A DNA stretch of 64,000 bases from IMG/VR virus record IMGVR_UViG_3300047480_000504. One strand, given 5' to 3'. The translations under genes and the position numbers were made by a program. Source of the DNA: a virus (taxonomy: Duplodnaviria; Heunggongvirae; Uroviricota; Caudoviricetes). Numbering within the stretch: position 1 is the stretch's first letter; every line of letters begins with the position of its first letter. Positions 45,282 through 55,564 of the stretch are shown here, one piece after another. Below the pieces are notes generated by a model. That model did no database searches. It was not told the DNA's origin and saw nothing but the letters and a program-made list of their open reading frames with translations.

Positions 45282-45917
45282 ATGATTGAATTAACAATTG
45301 ATATCTTAGAAGCATGCTTGCCCGAAGCCAAGCGAAGTAACTTAGAAAAGTTTGTAGAAGGTTTAAACGAAACGTTTGAACACTTTGAAATTGACACGCC
45401 AAAGCGTATGGCCATGTTTATTGCACAAACTGCTCACGAGTCTGGCAACTTTGCCGCAACCCAAGAAAACTTAAACTACAGTGCCAAGGGCTTAACTGGT
45501 ACATTTAAAAAGTATTTCCCTACAGAAGAGTCAGCTGTACCATATTCTCGCAAGCCCGAAAAGATTGCCAACAAGGTATATGGCGGACGTATGGGCAATG
45601 GTCCAGAAAGTTCTGGTGACGGTTATAAGTATCGTGGTCGTGGCGTTATTCAATTAACTGGCAAAGACAACTACACTGCCTGCGGTAAAGCATTAGATTT
45701 AGATTTATTAACTGATCCAGATTGTGTAGCTGAAAACCCAGTTGCAGTATTAAGTGCAGGTTGGTTCTGGAACACACGCCGATTAAATGATTGGGCCGAC
45801 AAAGGTGATATCACTACGGTTACTAAAAAGATCAACGGTGGTACAATTGGTTTAGCCGATCGTAAAAAGCATTATGAGCATATTTTAGAAGTACTCGAAG
45901 AGCTAGACAGCAAATAA
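45282..45917 (+). CDS. GH19-family lysozyme-like endolysin
   Basis: RBS AACAGGAGATTGATATG. MFIAQTAHESGNF ... YKYRGRGVIQLTGKDNY ... AGWFW. Confidence 0.65.
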   Translation: MIELTIDILEACLPEAKRSNLEKFVEGLNETFEHFEIDTPKRMAMFIAQTAHESGNFAATQENLNYSAKGLTGTFKKYFPTEESAVPYSRKPEKIANKVYGGRMGNGPESSGDGYKYRGRGVIQLTGKDNYTACGKALDLDLLTDPDCVAENPVAVLSAGWFWNTRRLNDWADKGDITTVTKKINGGTIGLADRKKHYEHILEVLEELDSK

Positions 45918-45983
45918 ATAAACTCGACACGGCCCTAATCGCTTGCTTATTATGAGAAGTGCATTGGGGTTTTTCTTGACCAT

Positions 45984-47276
45984 TTGCTTTATAAGTATCA
46001 CATGCGAGAAATGATATGGTACTGTGATCACAAAAATGACAATCCTTTTGAATTGCACAGCTACCTACAGCAGTTCATTACTAATAACACTGACAACATA
46101 GATCATTTTACAGTACAACCTGCGATTGATTTAACTATACTGCCTGAATTTGAATCTGCAATAACAGTAAAAACATTTCCCGATTATAAAATCAATTCAA
46201 ATGGTGTTGTGGTAATTGGACTGCACGGTGGCTGGGACAAAATTAAACTCAAACTAATCACAGAATGGTTCATGTCAGACTCTAATAGATCACGTGCCTG
46301 GCAAGATGACTCTTGTCGTATCGTACTTGATTACAGCATGGAGGGCTTTGGCGAAGAAGCGTTTGGAGACTTGTATAATTGGAGCAGGGAGCATGGTCTC
46401 GAAGATAGACTTGTTTATGTAAGCGGTGACTTAAACATACAAGACAACTATAGAACTTGGTGCGCACACTATCGTGTTCGACCTGCAATGACAGTTTCAT
46501 ATTACGGATACTTTGCAGTATGGGCCAGCAGGCAACTACGAGCTACCCAACAAACAACAAGACGTCGTCGTTATATGAGTTTAAATCGACGTCCGCATTA
46601 TCATCGCATTATGATGATGACTATACTAGAACGCCGGGGCTTAATCGAACATGGTACTATTAGCATGCCCCGAGACTTTGAGGAACCTGATATTGGATGG
46701 GCAAAAGACCAATGGGATTTACGCAGACTATGGGACGAGTTAAAAGATTTACAAATTGGCTTTTTAGATCGTTATGAAAGTGCATTTCAATCCATGTATA
46801 ACAAACTGCCGCTAATAGCCGATAGAACAGACTTTGAAACCAATCATGCACTGGACTTTAACACAGACTTGTACAGTGAACACCCGGTCAACTTGGTTAC
46901 AGAAACTTTATGCTTTACCACCAGTGCATTTGCATCAGAGAAAATCTGGAAGCCAATGGCAGCAGGACAGATATTTTTAGTACTAAGTGGTCCTTACTAT
47001 CTGCGTGGTTTAAAGCGCATTGGCTTTCGTACGTTTGCTCCGTACATTAACGAAGAATACGATGAAGAACCAGAACCAATTGCTCGGGCTAATCTGGTAG
47101 CTCGCGAGTTAAAACGTCTGATAAGTATGACTGACGAGGAATTTGATGCAATGCTGGCCCAATGCCAGACAGTAATTGAACATAATCAACAATTGGTTAC
47201 AGATCAAATTAAAATGAAAGCAACAGTTGCTCGTGACATAGTACGCACATTAGAAGGTAAACGTGGAACCAATTAA
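45984..47276 (+). CDS. putative glycosyltransferase-like protein (GT paralog 1)
   Basis: C-terminal block TETLCFTTSAFASEKIWKPMAAGQIFLVLSGPYYLRGLKRIGFRTFAPYINEEYD is shared with 48726 (C-terminus) and 51068. Its EK/G motif spacing is GT10-like. Confidence 0.35.
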   Translation: MLYKYHMREMIWYCDHKNDNPFELHSYLQQFITNNTDNIDHFTVQPAIDLTILPEFESAITVKTFPDYKINSNGVVVIGLHGGWDKIKLKLITEWFMSDSNRSRAWQDDSCRIVLDYSMEGFGEEAFGDLYNWSREHGLEDRLVYVSGDLNIQDNYRTWCAHYRVRPAMTVSYYGYFAVWASRQLRATQQTTRRRRYMSLNRRPHYHRIMMMTILERRGLIEHGTISMPRDFEEPDIGWAKDQWDLRRLWDELKDLQIGFLDRYESAFQSMYNKLPLIADRTDFETNHALDFNTDLYSEHPVNLVTETLCFTTSAFASEKIWKPMAAGQIFLVLSGPYYLRGLKRIGFRTFAPYINEEYDEEPEPIARANLVARELKRLISMTDEEFDAMLAQCQTVIEHNQQLVTDQIKMKATVARDIVRTLEGKRGTN

Positions 47277-48723
47277 AATTCATTTAAATCGAGTAAAGCA
47301 ACAATTGGACGCTGTCAGCAGTAGCTATTGCGTGGCCAAATGGCAGCAAGTAACTATTCATCTTGCAACGGGACAAACACATTCGTGTCACCACCCAGCA
47401 ACACATCATATTCCTGTAGAGGAAATTGCAGTAAATCCTAGTGCGCTACACAACACTAAATTCAAAAAACAACAACGTAAGAAGATGCTGGAAGGCGAAC
47501 GTCCTCCAGAATGTGACTACTGCTGGAAGGCAGAAGATAGTCCAGGACACCACTTCTCGGACCGTGTGCATAAAAGTGCTGACCCATTATGGGGACAACC
47601 ATTTTTAAAGCTGTCGTCACAAATGCCTTGGGACGCTGATGTTACCCCTGCTTATGTAGAAGTATCGTTTTCTAATGTATGTAACTTTGGTTGTGCATAT
47701 TGTTCGCCAGACATTAGTTCTACAATCATGCAAGAAGCCAAACGGTACGGTCCCGTTAAACTTGACGGTGGACGACTTGATCGTGACATTATCAAGCTAG
47801 AACAACAAGGCCGCATGCCAATTCCTAATAGGGAACACAATCCGTACATTGAAGCATTTTGGAAGTGGTGGCCTACGCTGTATCCCAAGCTAAAAGTATT
47901 CCGCATCACTGGTGGGGAACCCCTGCTGGCCAAGGACACATTTAAAGTACTTGACTGGATCATTGAGCATCCAAATCCAGAACTTGACCTGGCTATTAAC
48001 AGTAACTTGGGTGTAGATGAAAAGCTATTAAATGAGTTTTTAGAAAAAGCCAATTATATTCAAGAAAACAATTTGGTAAAGAGTTTAAAGATCTTTACAA
48101 GTTGCGACACCTGGGGCAAACAAGCTGAATATATTCGTACGGGCTTAAACTATAAACAATGGTATCGCACATTGTGGGACATTACACTACGCTATCCAGC
48201 ACTGAGTATTACAGTAATGGTCACATTCAACTTGTTAAGTATTCCACGCTTTGAATCATTCTTGCGTGATATGTTGGCATTACGTCAAGCGCCAAGTGTT
48301 AGCATCAACAACTCGGGCACCCGAGGAGTTGGATTGGACTTTCCGTACCTGCGCCATCCACGTTATCTAAGTTCGCTATTAGCAGATCCTTACATGCTAG
48401 TATTACTAGATCGCTCTATTCAGTTTATGCGTCACAATACTGCAACATATCAATACGTTGATTATCACGATGGCTTTTATCCACATGAAGTAGAAAACTT
48501 GCAACGTGTGTACAACATTGCATCAGCAGAGTGGCAAGGCAGTTTAGACAATCAGGTAAGTAGACGTGACTTTTATTTGTATATCGTTGAACACGATCGC
48601 CGTAATAACACCAACTTTAAAACAGTGTTTCCAGAAATTGGTTATTTCTACGATCAATGTAAGCGAGAATACGAAGAATCGCAGGCTGTACGAGAAGCAG
48701 TTGAAAATAAAGACAAAGAATAA
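47263..48723 (+). CDS. radical SAM enzyme
   Basis: CNFGCAYC (CxxxCxxC) within VSFSNVCNFGCAYCSPD. GTG start. Confidence 0.65.
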   Translation: MEPIKIHLNRVKQQLDAVSSSYCVAKWQQVTIHLATGQTHSCHHPATHHIPVEEIAVNPSALHNTKFKKQQRKKMLEGERPPECDYCWKAEDSPGHHFSDRVHKSADPLWGQPFLKLSSQMPWDADVTPAYVEVSFSNVCNFGCAYCSPDISSTIMQEAKRYGPVKLDGGRLDRDIIKLEQQGRMPIPNREHNPYIEAFWKWWPTLYPKLKVFRITGGEPLLAKDTFKVLDWIIEHPNPELDLAINSNLGVDEKLLNEFLEKANYIQENNLVKSLKIFTSCDTWGKQAEYIRTGLNYKQWYRTLWDITLRYPALSITVMVTFNLLSIPRFESFLRDMLALRQAPSVSINNSGTRGVGLDFPYLRHPRYLSSLLADPYMLVLLDRSIQFMRHNTATYQYVDYHDGFYPHEVENLQRVYNIASAEWQGSLDNQVSRRDFYLYIVEHDRRNNTNFKTVFPEIGYFYDQCKREYEESQAVREAVENKDKE

Positions 48724-48725
48724 TT

Positions 48726-51071
48726 ATGAAACGTGTGGCAATGATTGGATTAGGTAAGCTAGGCTTGCCATGTGCAGAAGTAATGGCCGAACATTACGAA
48801 GTATGCGGATATGATATCAACACAGTTGATCCCACTATGACTGTGGCTATTAAAAGCTCCATTGAAGAAGCTGTTAAAGGCGCTGACATTATCTTTGTTG
48901 CAGTACCTACACCGCACAATCCACAATACGGTGGCGAAACTCCTATCTCCAACATGACACCATGTGACTTTGATTATGGTCCTGTTATTCGAGTATTTGA
49001 ACAAATCAATCCACACGTTACACAAGATCAATTGGTAGTGTTGATCAGTACAGTACTACCCGGCACTGTACGTGATCAACTGATTGGTTATCTGACCAAT
49101 GCACGTTTCATTTACAATCCATATCTTATTGCCATGGGATCTGTCAAATGGGACATGGTTAATCCAGAGTGTTTGATCATTGGTACAGAAGATGGTAGTA
49201 CCACTGGTGATGCACAAGAGCTAATTGAATTTTACAAGCCCTTAATGAAGAACGAGCCCCGTGTTAATGTGGGTACATGGGACGAAGCAGAAGCTATCAA
49301 GATCTTTTACAATACATTTATTTCAGCCAAGATTGGTCTTGTTAACATGATTCAAGACGTTGCTGAAAAGAATGGCAACATCAACGTAGATGTGGTAACA
49401 GATGCGCTTAAAGCTGCCACACAACGTATCACTGGACCACGCTATTTGACAGCAGGCTTGGGTGATGCAGGTGCTTGCCATCCCCGCGACAACATTGCCC
49501 TGCGTTGGTTAAGTGGCAAGTTAGATCTGGGCTATGACATGTTCCATGCTATCATGAGTGCTCGTGACAGTCAGGCACAGGCCATGGCCAGTAAGTTAGT
49601 ACGACTTGCACAAGAAAACAATCTTCCTGTTGTTATTCACGGAAAGGCATACAAGCCGTATGTTCCTTATACAATTGGCAGCTATAGCTTATTAGTAGGA
49701 CACTTTGTTGAGCATTCTGGCGTAGAGTTATTTTACGTTGACCCGTTAACCGGAGATGATACTGCGCCAGAAAGTCCAGCTGTAGTGTTAATGGCACACA
49801 ATCCAGCTATTACGTATGCAGGAACTGGCGTTGAAGTAAAAGCAGATGAGTTTTATTATGATATTGCGCCAGGTAGCATCTTAGTTGACCCATGGCGCAC
49901 AATTAAAGAGTTTCCAGGTTGCAAGGTAGTACATTACGGCAATCCTAAATTTAGTTTACCAACGCTTAATGGCCGTATTTTAAATCCAGTTAACAGTTGT
50001 GATATCTTTGTTGAATTGTATTCACAGTTTAAATTTACTTCTAAGCGTGAAGAGCCAATGACATACTTTGCACTAGCACCAATCGAAGCAGTTAACAAAG
50101 ACAGTACGGCACAACAATATATTAAATTATTGCACACTCGTATTGGTGAATTTAAACCCAATGACCGCATTGTGTTTATTACACCGCACGAAGGTATGAT
50201 TGCACATGCGTTTATGTGGCAAGATAGGTTAAACAAATTTTGGCCTGAATTGACCAAAGACCAATGGTATTATGCCAATGAGTTACAAAGTCCCAACCAA
50301 GCACTTGCGGTATTACAAAAAACAAAAGATGATATTAACTTGTTAAATTTTGTTTCAATCAATAATTGGGTAGATAGAAATATTGTAGTTAATCACGCTT
50401 ACGAAAACAAAACTGCAAACTTTTTAAGTTACAATCGTGTTATCAAAGCACATCGTTGTCATTTGGTAGGCGAAATGCGACTACATAATTTAATTGATGG
50501 CAATATGGTTAGCTTTGTCCCAAGCGGCGAACTGTACCCAGGGGTAGTTAAAACTGCAACTGAAGTTGCTGAAAACTCACTGTACTTGCACCCCGACGTA
50601 AAAGCAAGAATCTTACCTGTATTAGATAAGCCATTGACCATTGACGAATACGATGTAACACAAAATGGTCCGCAAGTAAGCAATCATTATGAGCAAGCAT
50701 TGCTAAGTGTAATTGCCGAAACCACTTACGAAAACGGTGATGTGTTTATCAGCGAAAAGACATTCCGTGCTATTGCACACGGGCATCCGTTTATTATTGT
50801 AGGACCAGCCGAGTCTTTGCGTGTATTACGAAGCATGGGATTTGAAACATTCGACGGCGTCATTGACGAGTCTTACGATCAAGAATATGACGCAAATACT
50901 CGCATGTGGAAGATTATCACAGAATTAAATCGCATCAACTCATTGCCAGATCAAGAACGTTTTGACTTGTTCCATAAGTTAATGAACATTGCCAACCGCA
51001 ACAAAGAAAAGTTTGATTCTACCCCGTCATATAACAACGGCACATTTTGGAAATTTGTCAGCGAAATATGA
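48726..51071 (+). CDS. nucleotide-sugar dehydrogenase-like N-terminal domain fused to a glycosyltransferase-like C-terminal domain (GT paralog 2)
   Basis: N-terminus VAMIGLGKLGLPCAE...GYDIN (Rossmann) and GDAGACHPRDN (the GGxCxPKD-like catalytic Cys). C-terminal block FISEKTFRAIAHGHPFIIVGPAESLRVLRSMGFETFDGVIDESYD. Confidence 0.5.
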   Translation: MKRVAMIGLGKLGLPCAEVMAEHYEVCGYDINTVDPTMTVAIKSSIEEAVKGADIIFVAVPTPHNPQYGGETPISNMTPCDFDYGPVIRVFEQINPHVTQDQLVVLISTVLPGTVRDQLIGYLTNARFIYNPYLIAMGSVKWDMVNPECLIIGTEDGSTTGDAQELIEFYKPLMKNEPRVNVGTWDEAEAIKIFYNTFISAKIGLVNMIQDVAEKNGNINVDVVTDALKAATQRITGPRYLTAGLGDAGACHPRDNIALRWLSGKLDLGYDMFHAIMSARDSQAQAMASKLVRLAQENNLPVVIHGKAYKPYVPYTIGSYSLLVGHFVEHSGVELFYVDPLTGDDTAPESPAVVLMAHNPAITYAGTGVEVKADEFYYDIAPGSILVDPWRTIKEFPGCKVVHYGNPKFSLPTLNGRILNPVNSCDIFVELYSQFKFTSKREEPMTYFALAPIEAVNKDSTAQQYIKLLHTRIGEFKPNDRIVFITPHEGMIAHAFMWQDRLNKFWPELTKDQWYYANELQSPNQALAVLQKTKDDINLLNFVSINNWVDRNIVVNHAYENKTANFLSYNRVIKAHRCHLVGEMRLHNLIDGNMVSFVPSGELYPGVVKTATEVAENSLYLHPDVKARILPVLDKPLTIDEYDVTQNGPQVSNHYEQALLSVIAETTYENGDVFISEKTFRAIAHGHPFIIVGPAESLRVLRSMGFETFDGVIDESYDQEYDANTRMWKIITELNRINSLPDQERFDLFHKLMNIANRNKEKFDSTPSYNNGTFWKFVSEI

Positions 51072-52198
51072 TACAATTTGTTAGTACAGAAAACTATCAG
51101 TTTCCGTATGAGAACGTACTCAACGAATTTCCAGATTTGAATATTATATTGTGTTTATTACGCCATGAAGCTACTGATGATTTTAGAAAAGATCTATACG
51201 AGTCTGTGGTTAAACGATTGGCGGGAGTTACTGCAATAGATCGCTTGATCATTGACGATATAACCGAAGCTGTTAACCTTGACAAGGTCGACGAAGTTTT
51301 TGATCATGTTGTTGATAGATTGGGTGTCCCACGTCAAAATATAATATTCATAAATGGCGGCGAGGAGCGTAGAAACTATGTTGTCCCGTACCCAACATTT
51401 TATCATGTAGACTCTTTAAGACTAGAAGGCTATAGCAAGGAAACAGTAGTACCTTGGCACGCTCGTACAAACTTGTTAATTAGTTTGTGCCGCAGGCCAA
51501 ATTGGTTCAGGGTAGCGTTAACTGAAGAACTAATTAAACGCAATTTATTAGAACATTCAATCGTAAGCTGTGGGTCCGATAAAGCGGCAATTGACGACGG
51601 CTGGATTGATTTATTTGTAACGCCCGAACTACAGCATTATTTTCCATTGACAGTTGACGGCTTTATTTCTCGAGAAGATGAATATACTTCAAATGGAACA
51701 GAGTTTACAAACGCATACGTTAACATTGTGTCAGAAACAAGTCATGACGTTCGACCCAATGTAGCCATAATGGTTCATGATTGGGTAATACGAACAAAGC
51801 AAGCCACTGGCTATCAATGCCCCGATGGTTTACATCACTGGGAACGACTGTTTGTAACTGAAAAAACAATTAAGCCTTTTGCAATGAGGCAAATCCCAAT
51901 TTTTAATACTGTCAAGCATCATGTTAAATTTTTACGTACATTGGGCTTGGATTTATTTGACGATGTAATTGATCAAAGTTATGATAACATTGACGATCCT
52001 TTACAAAGAGTGCAGGCTGTTGCAGTGCAGGCTGAAATAGCATACAAACGTGGTTTTGAATATTTTCGAAACATACCAAATATAGAAGCACGATTGGAGC
52101 ATAACGTTGAGTGTATTCGTCGCCAACGAAAAGTAAAAATGCATGAAGCAGAACAACAACTTAGGGAATTTTTAAATCATGGGAATGGTACCATATAA
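51068..52198 (+). CDS. putative glycosyltransferase-like protein (GT paralog 3)
   Basis: ATGA overlap with the upstream gene. Block VTEKTIKPFAMRQIPIFNTVKHHVKFLRTLGLDLFDDVIDQSYD. Confidence 0.35.
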   Translation: MIQFVSTENYQFPYENVLNEFPDLNIILCLLRHEATDDFRKDLYESVVKRLAGVTAIDRLIIDDITEAVNLDKVDEVFDHVVDRLGVPRQNIIFINGGEERRNYVVPYPTFYHVDSLRLEGYSKETVVPWHARTNLLISLCRRPNWFRVALTEELIKRNLLEHSIVSCGSDKAAIDDGWIDLFVTPELQHYFPLTVDGFISREDEYTSNGTEFTNAYVNIVSETSHDVRPNVAIMVHDWVIRTKQATGYQCPDGLHHWERLFVTEKTIKPFAMRQIPIFNTVKHHVKFLRTLGLDLFDDVIDQSYDNIDDPLQRVQAVAVQAEIAYKRGFEYFRNIPNIEARLEHNVECIRRQRKVKMHEAEQQLREFLNHGNGTI

Positions 52199-52796
52199 AA
52201 TATTAGACAATCGCTTTCGTGAATTGCAAGTAGACACTTCAAAATGTGTTGTAGAAATTGGAAGCGAACGCGGCGAAGGAAGCACGGCTTACTTTAGAGA
52301 CTGGGTATCAGTTCATGGTGTAGATTTCCACACTGTGGACGTTACAGATGATGCACTACAACATTTTACCAAGCATTATGGCGGTGCAGGTGATATCAAA
52401 TTTCATATTACTGAAACAGGACACGCATGGTGTCGCGATGTATTGCCAACTTTGGGCAAGCAAATTTCTGTGCTGTATCTAGACAACTTTGATTGGATTG
52501 ACCCTGTTAATTTACAGTACCAATGGCTACACGATCAAATTGCGGCTTACGCGGCCCATGGCGTTGTTATGAATAATGAAAACAGCCAAGAAGAACATAG
52601 ACTACAAACGCTATATTGCTTGCCGCACATGGCGCCACGAAGTATCATTATCATAGACGACTCGTGGCCCGACACTACTAGTCCAACAGGATGGGGAGGT
52701 AAGTGCGGTACTGCTATTCCAATGATGTTAGACGCTGGATATCAAATACTAATAGATGAAGGAAAAATGGTGTTATATAGAGGTTTAGAGCTTTAA
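52179..52796 (+). CDS. class I SAM-dependent methyltransferase-like protein
   Basis: Motif I-like VVEIGSERGEGSTAYF. Confidence 0.4.
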   Translation: MGMVPYKILDNRFRELQVDTSKCVVEIGSERGEGSTAYFRDWVSVHGVDFHTVDVTDDALQHFTKHYGGAGDIKFHITETGHAWCRDVLPTLGKQISVLYLDNFDWIDPVNLQYQWLHDQIAAYAAHGVVMNNENSQEEHRLQTLYCLPHMAPRSIIIIDDSWPDTTSPTGWGGKCGTAIPMMLDAGYQILIDEGKMVLYRGLEL

Positions 52797-52810
52797 GAGA
52801 ATAGGTATCA

Positions 52811-53422
52811 TTAAATTATATTCAAATGGTAACCAAACTTTATGCTGTAACGTAGCTCGTTAGAATAGTTGCCGCCGCTGTGCCAACTAAAAGGATTATT
52901 AGCCGAATACCATCCTTGCCCAAATGCACAAGGCATCATGATTGGGGAATTGCCAGAATGATCACTGTAAAAAGTAGTACTTTTTTCTTCTATCACATTG
53001 TGATTAAAGAATACCATCCCAGCAGTAACGGTTTGGCGGCAATCTAAGTGTATACCGGTATCAAATCCTGGTAAGTCTTTGCATAACTCGCAATAGGGTG
53101 AAGTATTTGATTTCAATTGATCATACGTATATCCGCCCCACTCAGACTTAAAAAATGGATGTTGCCATAAGCGTTCTAATAGAGTGCTTTGTTGCTCTTG
53201 TATATTTTTACAAAACTCAGATAGTACAGGCAAATGATTAAATTCACTACATGTTTGTCTCAGATAGAATTTGGTCTTACTATCTGCACTAACAATAATA
53301 CTCTTCCAATCTACTTGTTCAAATTCCAGACGGTCTGGTATGTCAAGACTTAGTTGATACAGTAATGGACGTGGCTCTGACAGTAAGGTAAACATACGGC
53401 TTTCTAATCCCAAATAAATCAA
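52811..53422 (-). CDS. hypothetical protein (minus strand)
   Basis: ORF convergent with the methyltransferase gene and co-oriented with the NMO-like gene. Confidence 0.4.
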   Translation of the reverse strand: MIYLGLESRMFTLLSEPRPLLYQLSLDIPDRLEFEQVDWKSIIVSADSKTKFYLRQTCSEFNHLPVLSEFCKNIQEQQSTLLERLWQHPFFKSEWGGYTYDQLKSNTSPYCELCKDLPGFDTGIHLDCRQTVTAGMVFFNHNVIEEKSTTFYSDHSGNSPIMMPCAFGQGWYSANNPFSWHSGGNYSNELRYSIKFGYHLNII

Positions 53423-53520
53423 CTTCTCTACTACTTTTGTATAGGTAGCTGAAAGTATTATGAACTATTTATAGATTTAGATAGCTTTAAGAGCCTGGCT
53501 TAAAGTCAGCCGGATAAATT

Positions 53521-54444
53521 TTAAAGGTCTTTAACTAAACGTTGAACAATTTCTTCGCAAGTGAGAATTTCATTTGCGTGTTCAATGCCTTTGCCAATGA
53601 ATACGTGCCCGCTTTCTGGATTTTGTATTCCTACCATTAGCCCACGTGTGTTATTTTGATTGTCTACTGGTGTATGACTAAAAATAATAGCGTTTTGGCT
53701 GTCGCTATCGGTTTTACCATTTTCTAAACGTTTAACATCACTGCCACTTGATGCAACTAGCTTGAGTTTTGTTTCTGTGGAAATTTTACTTTCAACAGAC
53801 ACTGCAAACATAGTACCAATGCCCACACCAAACGCACCGCGATCCATGTAGTATTTTAACTGCTCGCTTGTTCCTACTCCGCCTGATGTAATAACTCGGT
53901 GTGTTTTGTTTTTTGTTGTAAAACGTTCAAATAGCTGTTCTAATGTTTCACCAGTTAGATTACCACGACCAGCACCGTCAGGTCCTTTAAGGATAATACC
54001 GTCGGCCCCAACCAACGTATCTCCAGGTAGTAGAGTCTTGGTAAACACCATTGTTCCATTTTTCCTAAGTTGAGAAATTATTTTTGGCAAAGTGACCCTG
54101 CGTCTATTAACAGAATCTGGATGCTGATCTTCTAAAATGATTTCAACGGCTTTGACTTGATAAGTTAGCAATAATTCTAATAGGCCCGGCAGGTCTAATA
54201 GGTTGCCAACGTCAGTGCTTAGTAAAATAGAAGTATCACCTACAGCATTTTTATATCCGTCAATATCGCGTTTGAGTGCATCTACCCCAATGACGCCAAC
54301 TCCGGTAAAGTAATTAAAGATGCTTAGGCTTGGCAAGCAACCTGCTTTACGCACTGCTACTGCTAAATTTAAATCTGATACTTTGTTCATTGCCATACAA
54401 GCAATAGGATACTTGGTATTGAAAAATTCGGTAAATGTTTGCAT
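53521..54444 (-). CDS. nitronate monooxygenase / NPD-family FMN TIM-barrel oxidoreductase-like
   Basis: Start trimmed to MQTFTEF. YPIACMAMNKVSDLNLAVAVRKAGCLPSL (PIIQAPMAGVS...AGGLG-like) and ITSGGVGTSEQLKYYMDRGAFGVGIGTMF. Confidence 0.5.
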   Translation of the reverse strand: MQTFTEFFNTKYPIACMAMNKVSDLNLAVAVRKAGCLPSLSIFNYFTGVGVIGVDALKRDIDGYKNAVGDTSILLSTDVGNLLDLPGLLELLLTYQVKAVEIILEDQHPDSVNRRRVTLPKIISQLRKNGTMVFTKTLLPGDTLVGADGIILKGPDGAGRGNLTGETLEQLFERFTTKNKTHRVITSGGVGTSEQLKYYMDRGAFGVGIGTMFAVSVESKISTETKLKLVASSGSDVKRLENGKTDSDSQNAIIFSHTPVDNQNNTRGLMVGIQNPESGHVFIGKGIEHANEILTCEEIVQRLVKDL

Positions 54445-54494
54445 ACAGTACTTATTATGAAAACTCACAGGTGTATGTGCCAATAAATATCTAC

Positions 54495-55253
54495 ATGAAA
54501 ATAGTAATTGCAACCGGTGGTTTTGATCCTGTTCATTCAGGACACATAAAATATTTACAAGAGGCTCGCGAGTATGGCGACAAGTTAGTTGTTGGCCTAA
54601 ACTCTGATGCTTGGCTTGAACGCAAAAAGGGACGTCCATTTATGCCCTTTGCTGAACGACAAGCTGTACTAGAAGGATTACGCTGTGTTGATGAAGTTGT
54701 GGCGTTTGATGACAGCGACGGTAGTGCAGTTAAGCTATTAGAAAGTTTCCAATCAAGTTACTCATACGCTGAAATTATCTTTGTAAATGGTGGAGATCGT
54801 ACTGCGGCAAACATCCCCGAAATGTCAGTCAAGAACGTACTGTTTAAGTTTGGTGTAGGTGGCGACAACAAAGTCAATTCCAGTTCCTGGATCTTAGAAG
54901 AATGGCGAGCACCTAAAACAGAACGACCATGGGGTTACTATCGTGTACTACATGAAGTACCGGGAATGAAAGTTAAAGAGCTTACAGTCAATCCAGGCAA
55001 AAGTTTGAGTATGCAACGTCATCAACACCGTTCTGAATATTGGATTGTAAGCGAAGGTAGGGCTAATGTTAATAGTATGATGGCCGGAGGATACGCCTTA
55101 CCAAGTAGAGAACTGTCACGCCATGAGGAATACAAAGTCCCAGTTGGGGAATGGCACCAACTTACTAATCCTTATAGTGAGCCAGTTAGGATCATTGAGA
55201 TCCAGTACGGATCAAGTTGCGTAGAAGAAGATATTGAGCGTAAAGACACTTGA
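54495..55253 (+). CDS. cytidylyltransferase (nucleotidyltransferase) fused to a cupin domain
   Basis: MKIVIATGGFDPVHSGHIKYL has the (T/H)xGH nucleotidyltransferase signature. The C-terminus VNPGKSLSMQRHQHRSEYWIVSEGRANV is cupin-like. Confidence 0.6.
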   Translation: MKIVIATGGFDPVHSGHIKYLQEAREYGDKLVVGLNSDAWLERKKGRPFMPFAERQAVLEGLRCVDEVVAFDDSDGSAVKLLESFQSSYSYAEIIFVNGGDRTAANIPEMSVKNVLFKFGVGGDNKVNSSSWILEEWRAPKTERPWGYYRVLHEVPGMKVKELTVNPGKSLSMQRHQHRSEYWIVSEGRANVNSMMAGGYALPSRELSRHEEYKVPVGEWHQLTNPYSEPVRIIEIQYGSSCVEEDIERKDT

Positions 55254-55278
55254 CTTCCTGCTACAGCTCGTGTATACT
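55250..55278 (+). promoter_or_regulatory. sigma70-type promoter
   Basis: TTGACT at 55250-55255, a 17-nt spacer, and TATACT at 55273-55278. Confidence 0.55.
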
Positions 55279-55312
55279 TACTAGGTAAGCCTTTAACTAA
55301 CCGGAGATATAC

Positions 55313-55564
55313 ATGAGCTTTTCACCTGAACAAATTGCAAAACTGAAACGAGTGATCCAAGAGGGAGTCCAAGTCAAACGTGAGATTGATGACCTTAATG
55401 TGGGCCTTAAGGAAACTGTAGCGGCTATTGCTGAAGAAATGGAAATCAAAGCCGCAGTACTAAACAAAGCTATTACCAAAGCATTCAAGGGCGACTTTGA
55501 CAAGGACCAATCGGACCTGGAAGCTGTTGAGGAAATCCTTGACGTAACTGGTAACAAAGTATAA
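55313..55564 (+). CDS. hypothetical protein
   Basis: RBS CCGGAGATATACATG. Confidence 0.45.
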   Translation: MSFSPEQIAKLKRVIQEGVQVKREIDDLNVGLKETVAAIAEEMEIKAAVLNKAITKAFKGDFDKDQSDLEAVEEILDVTGNKV

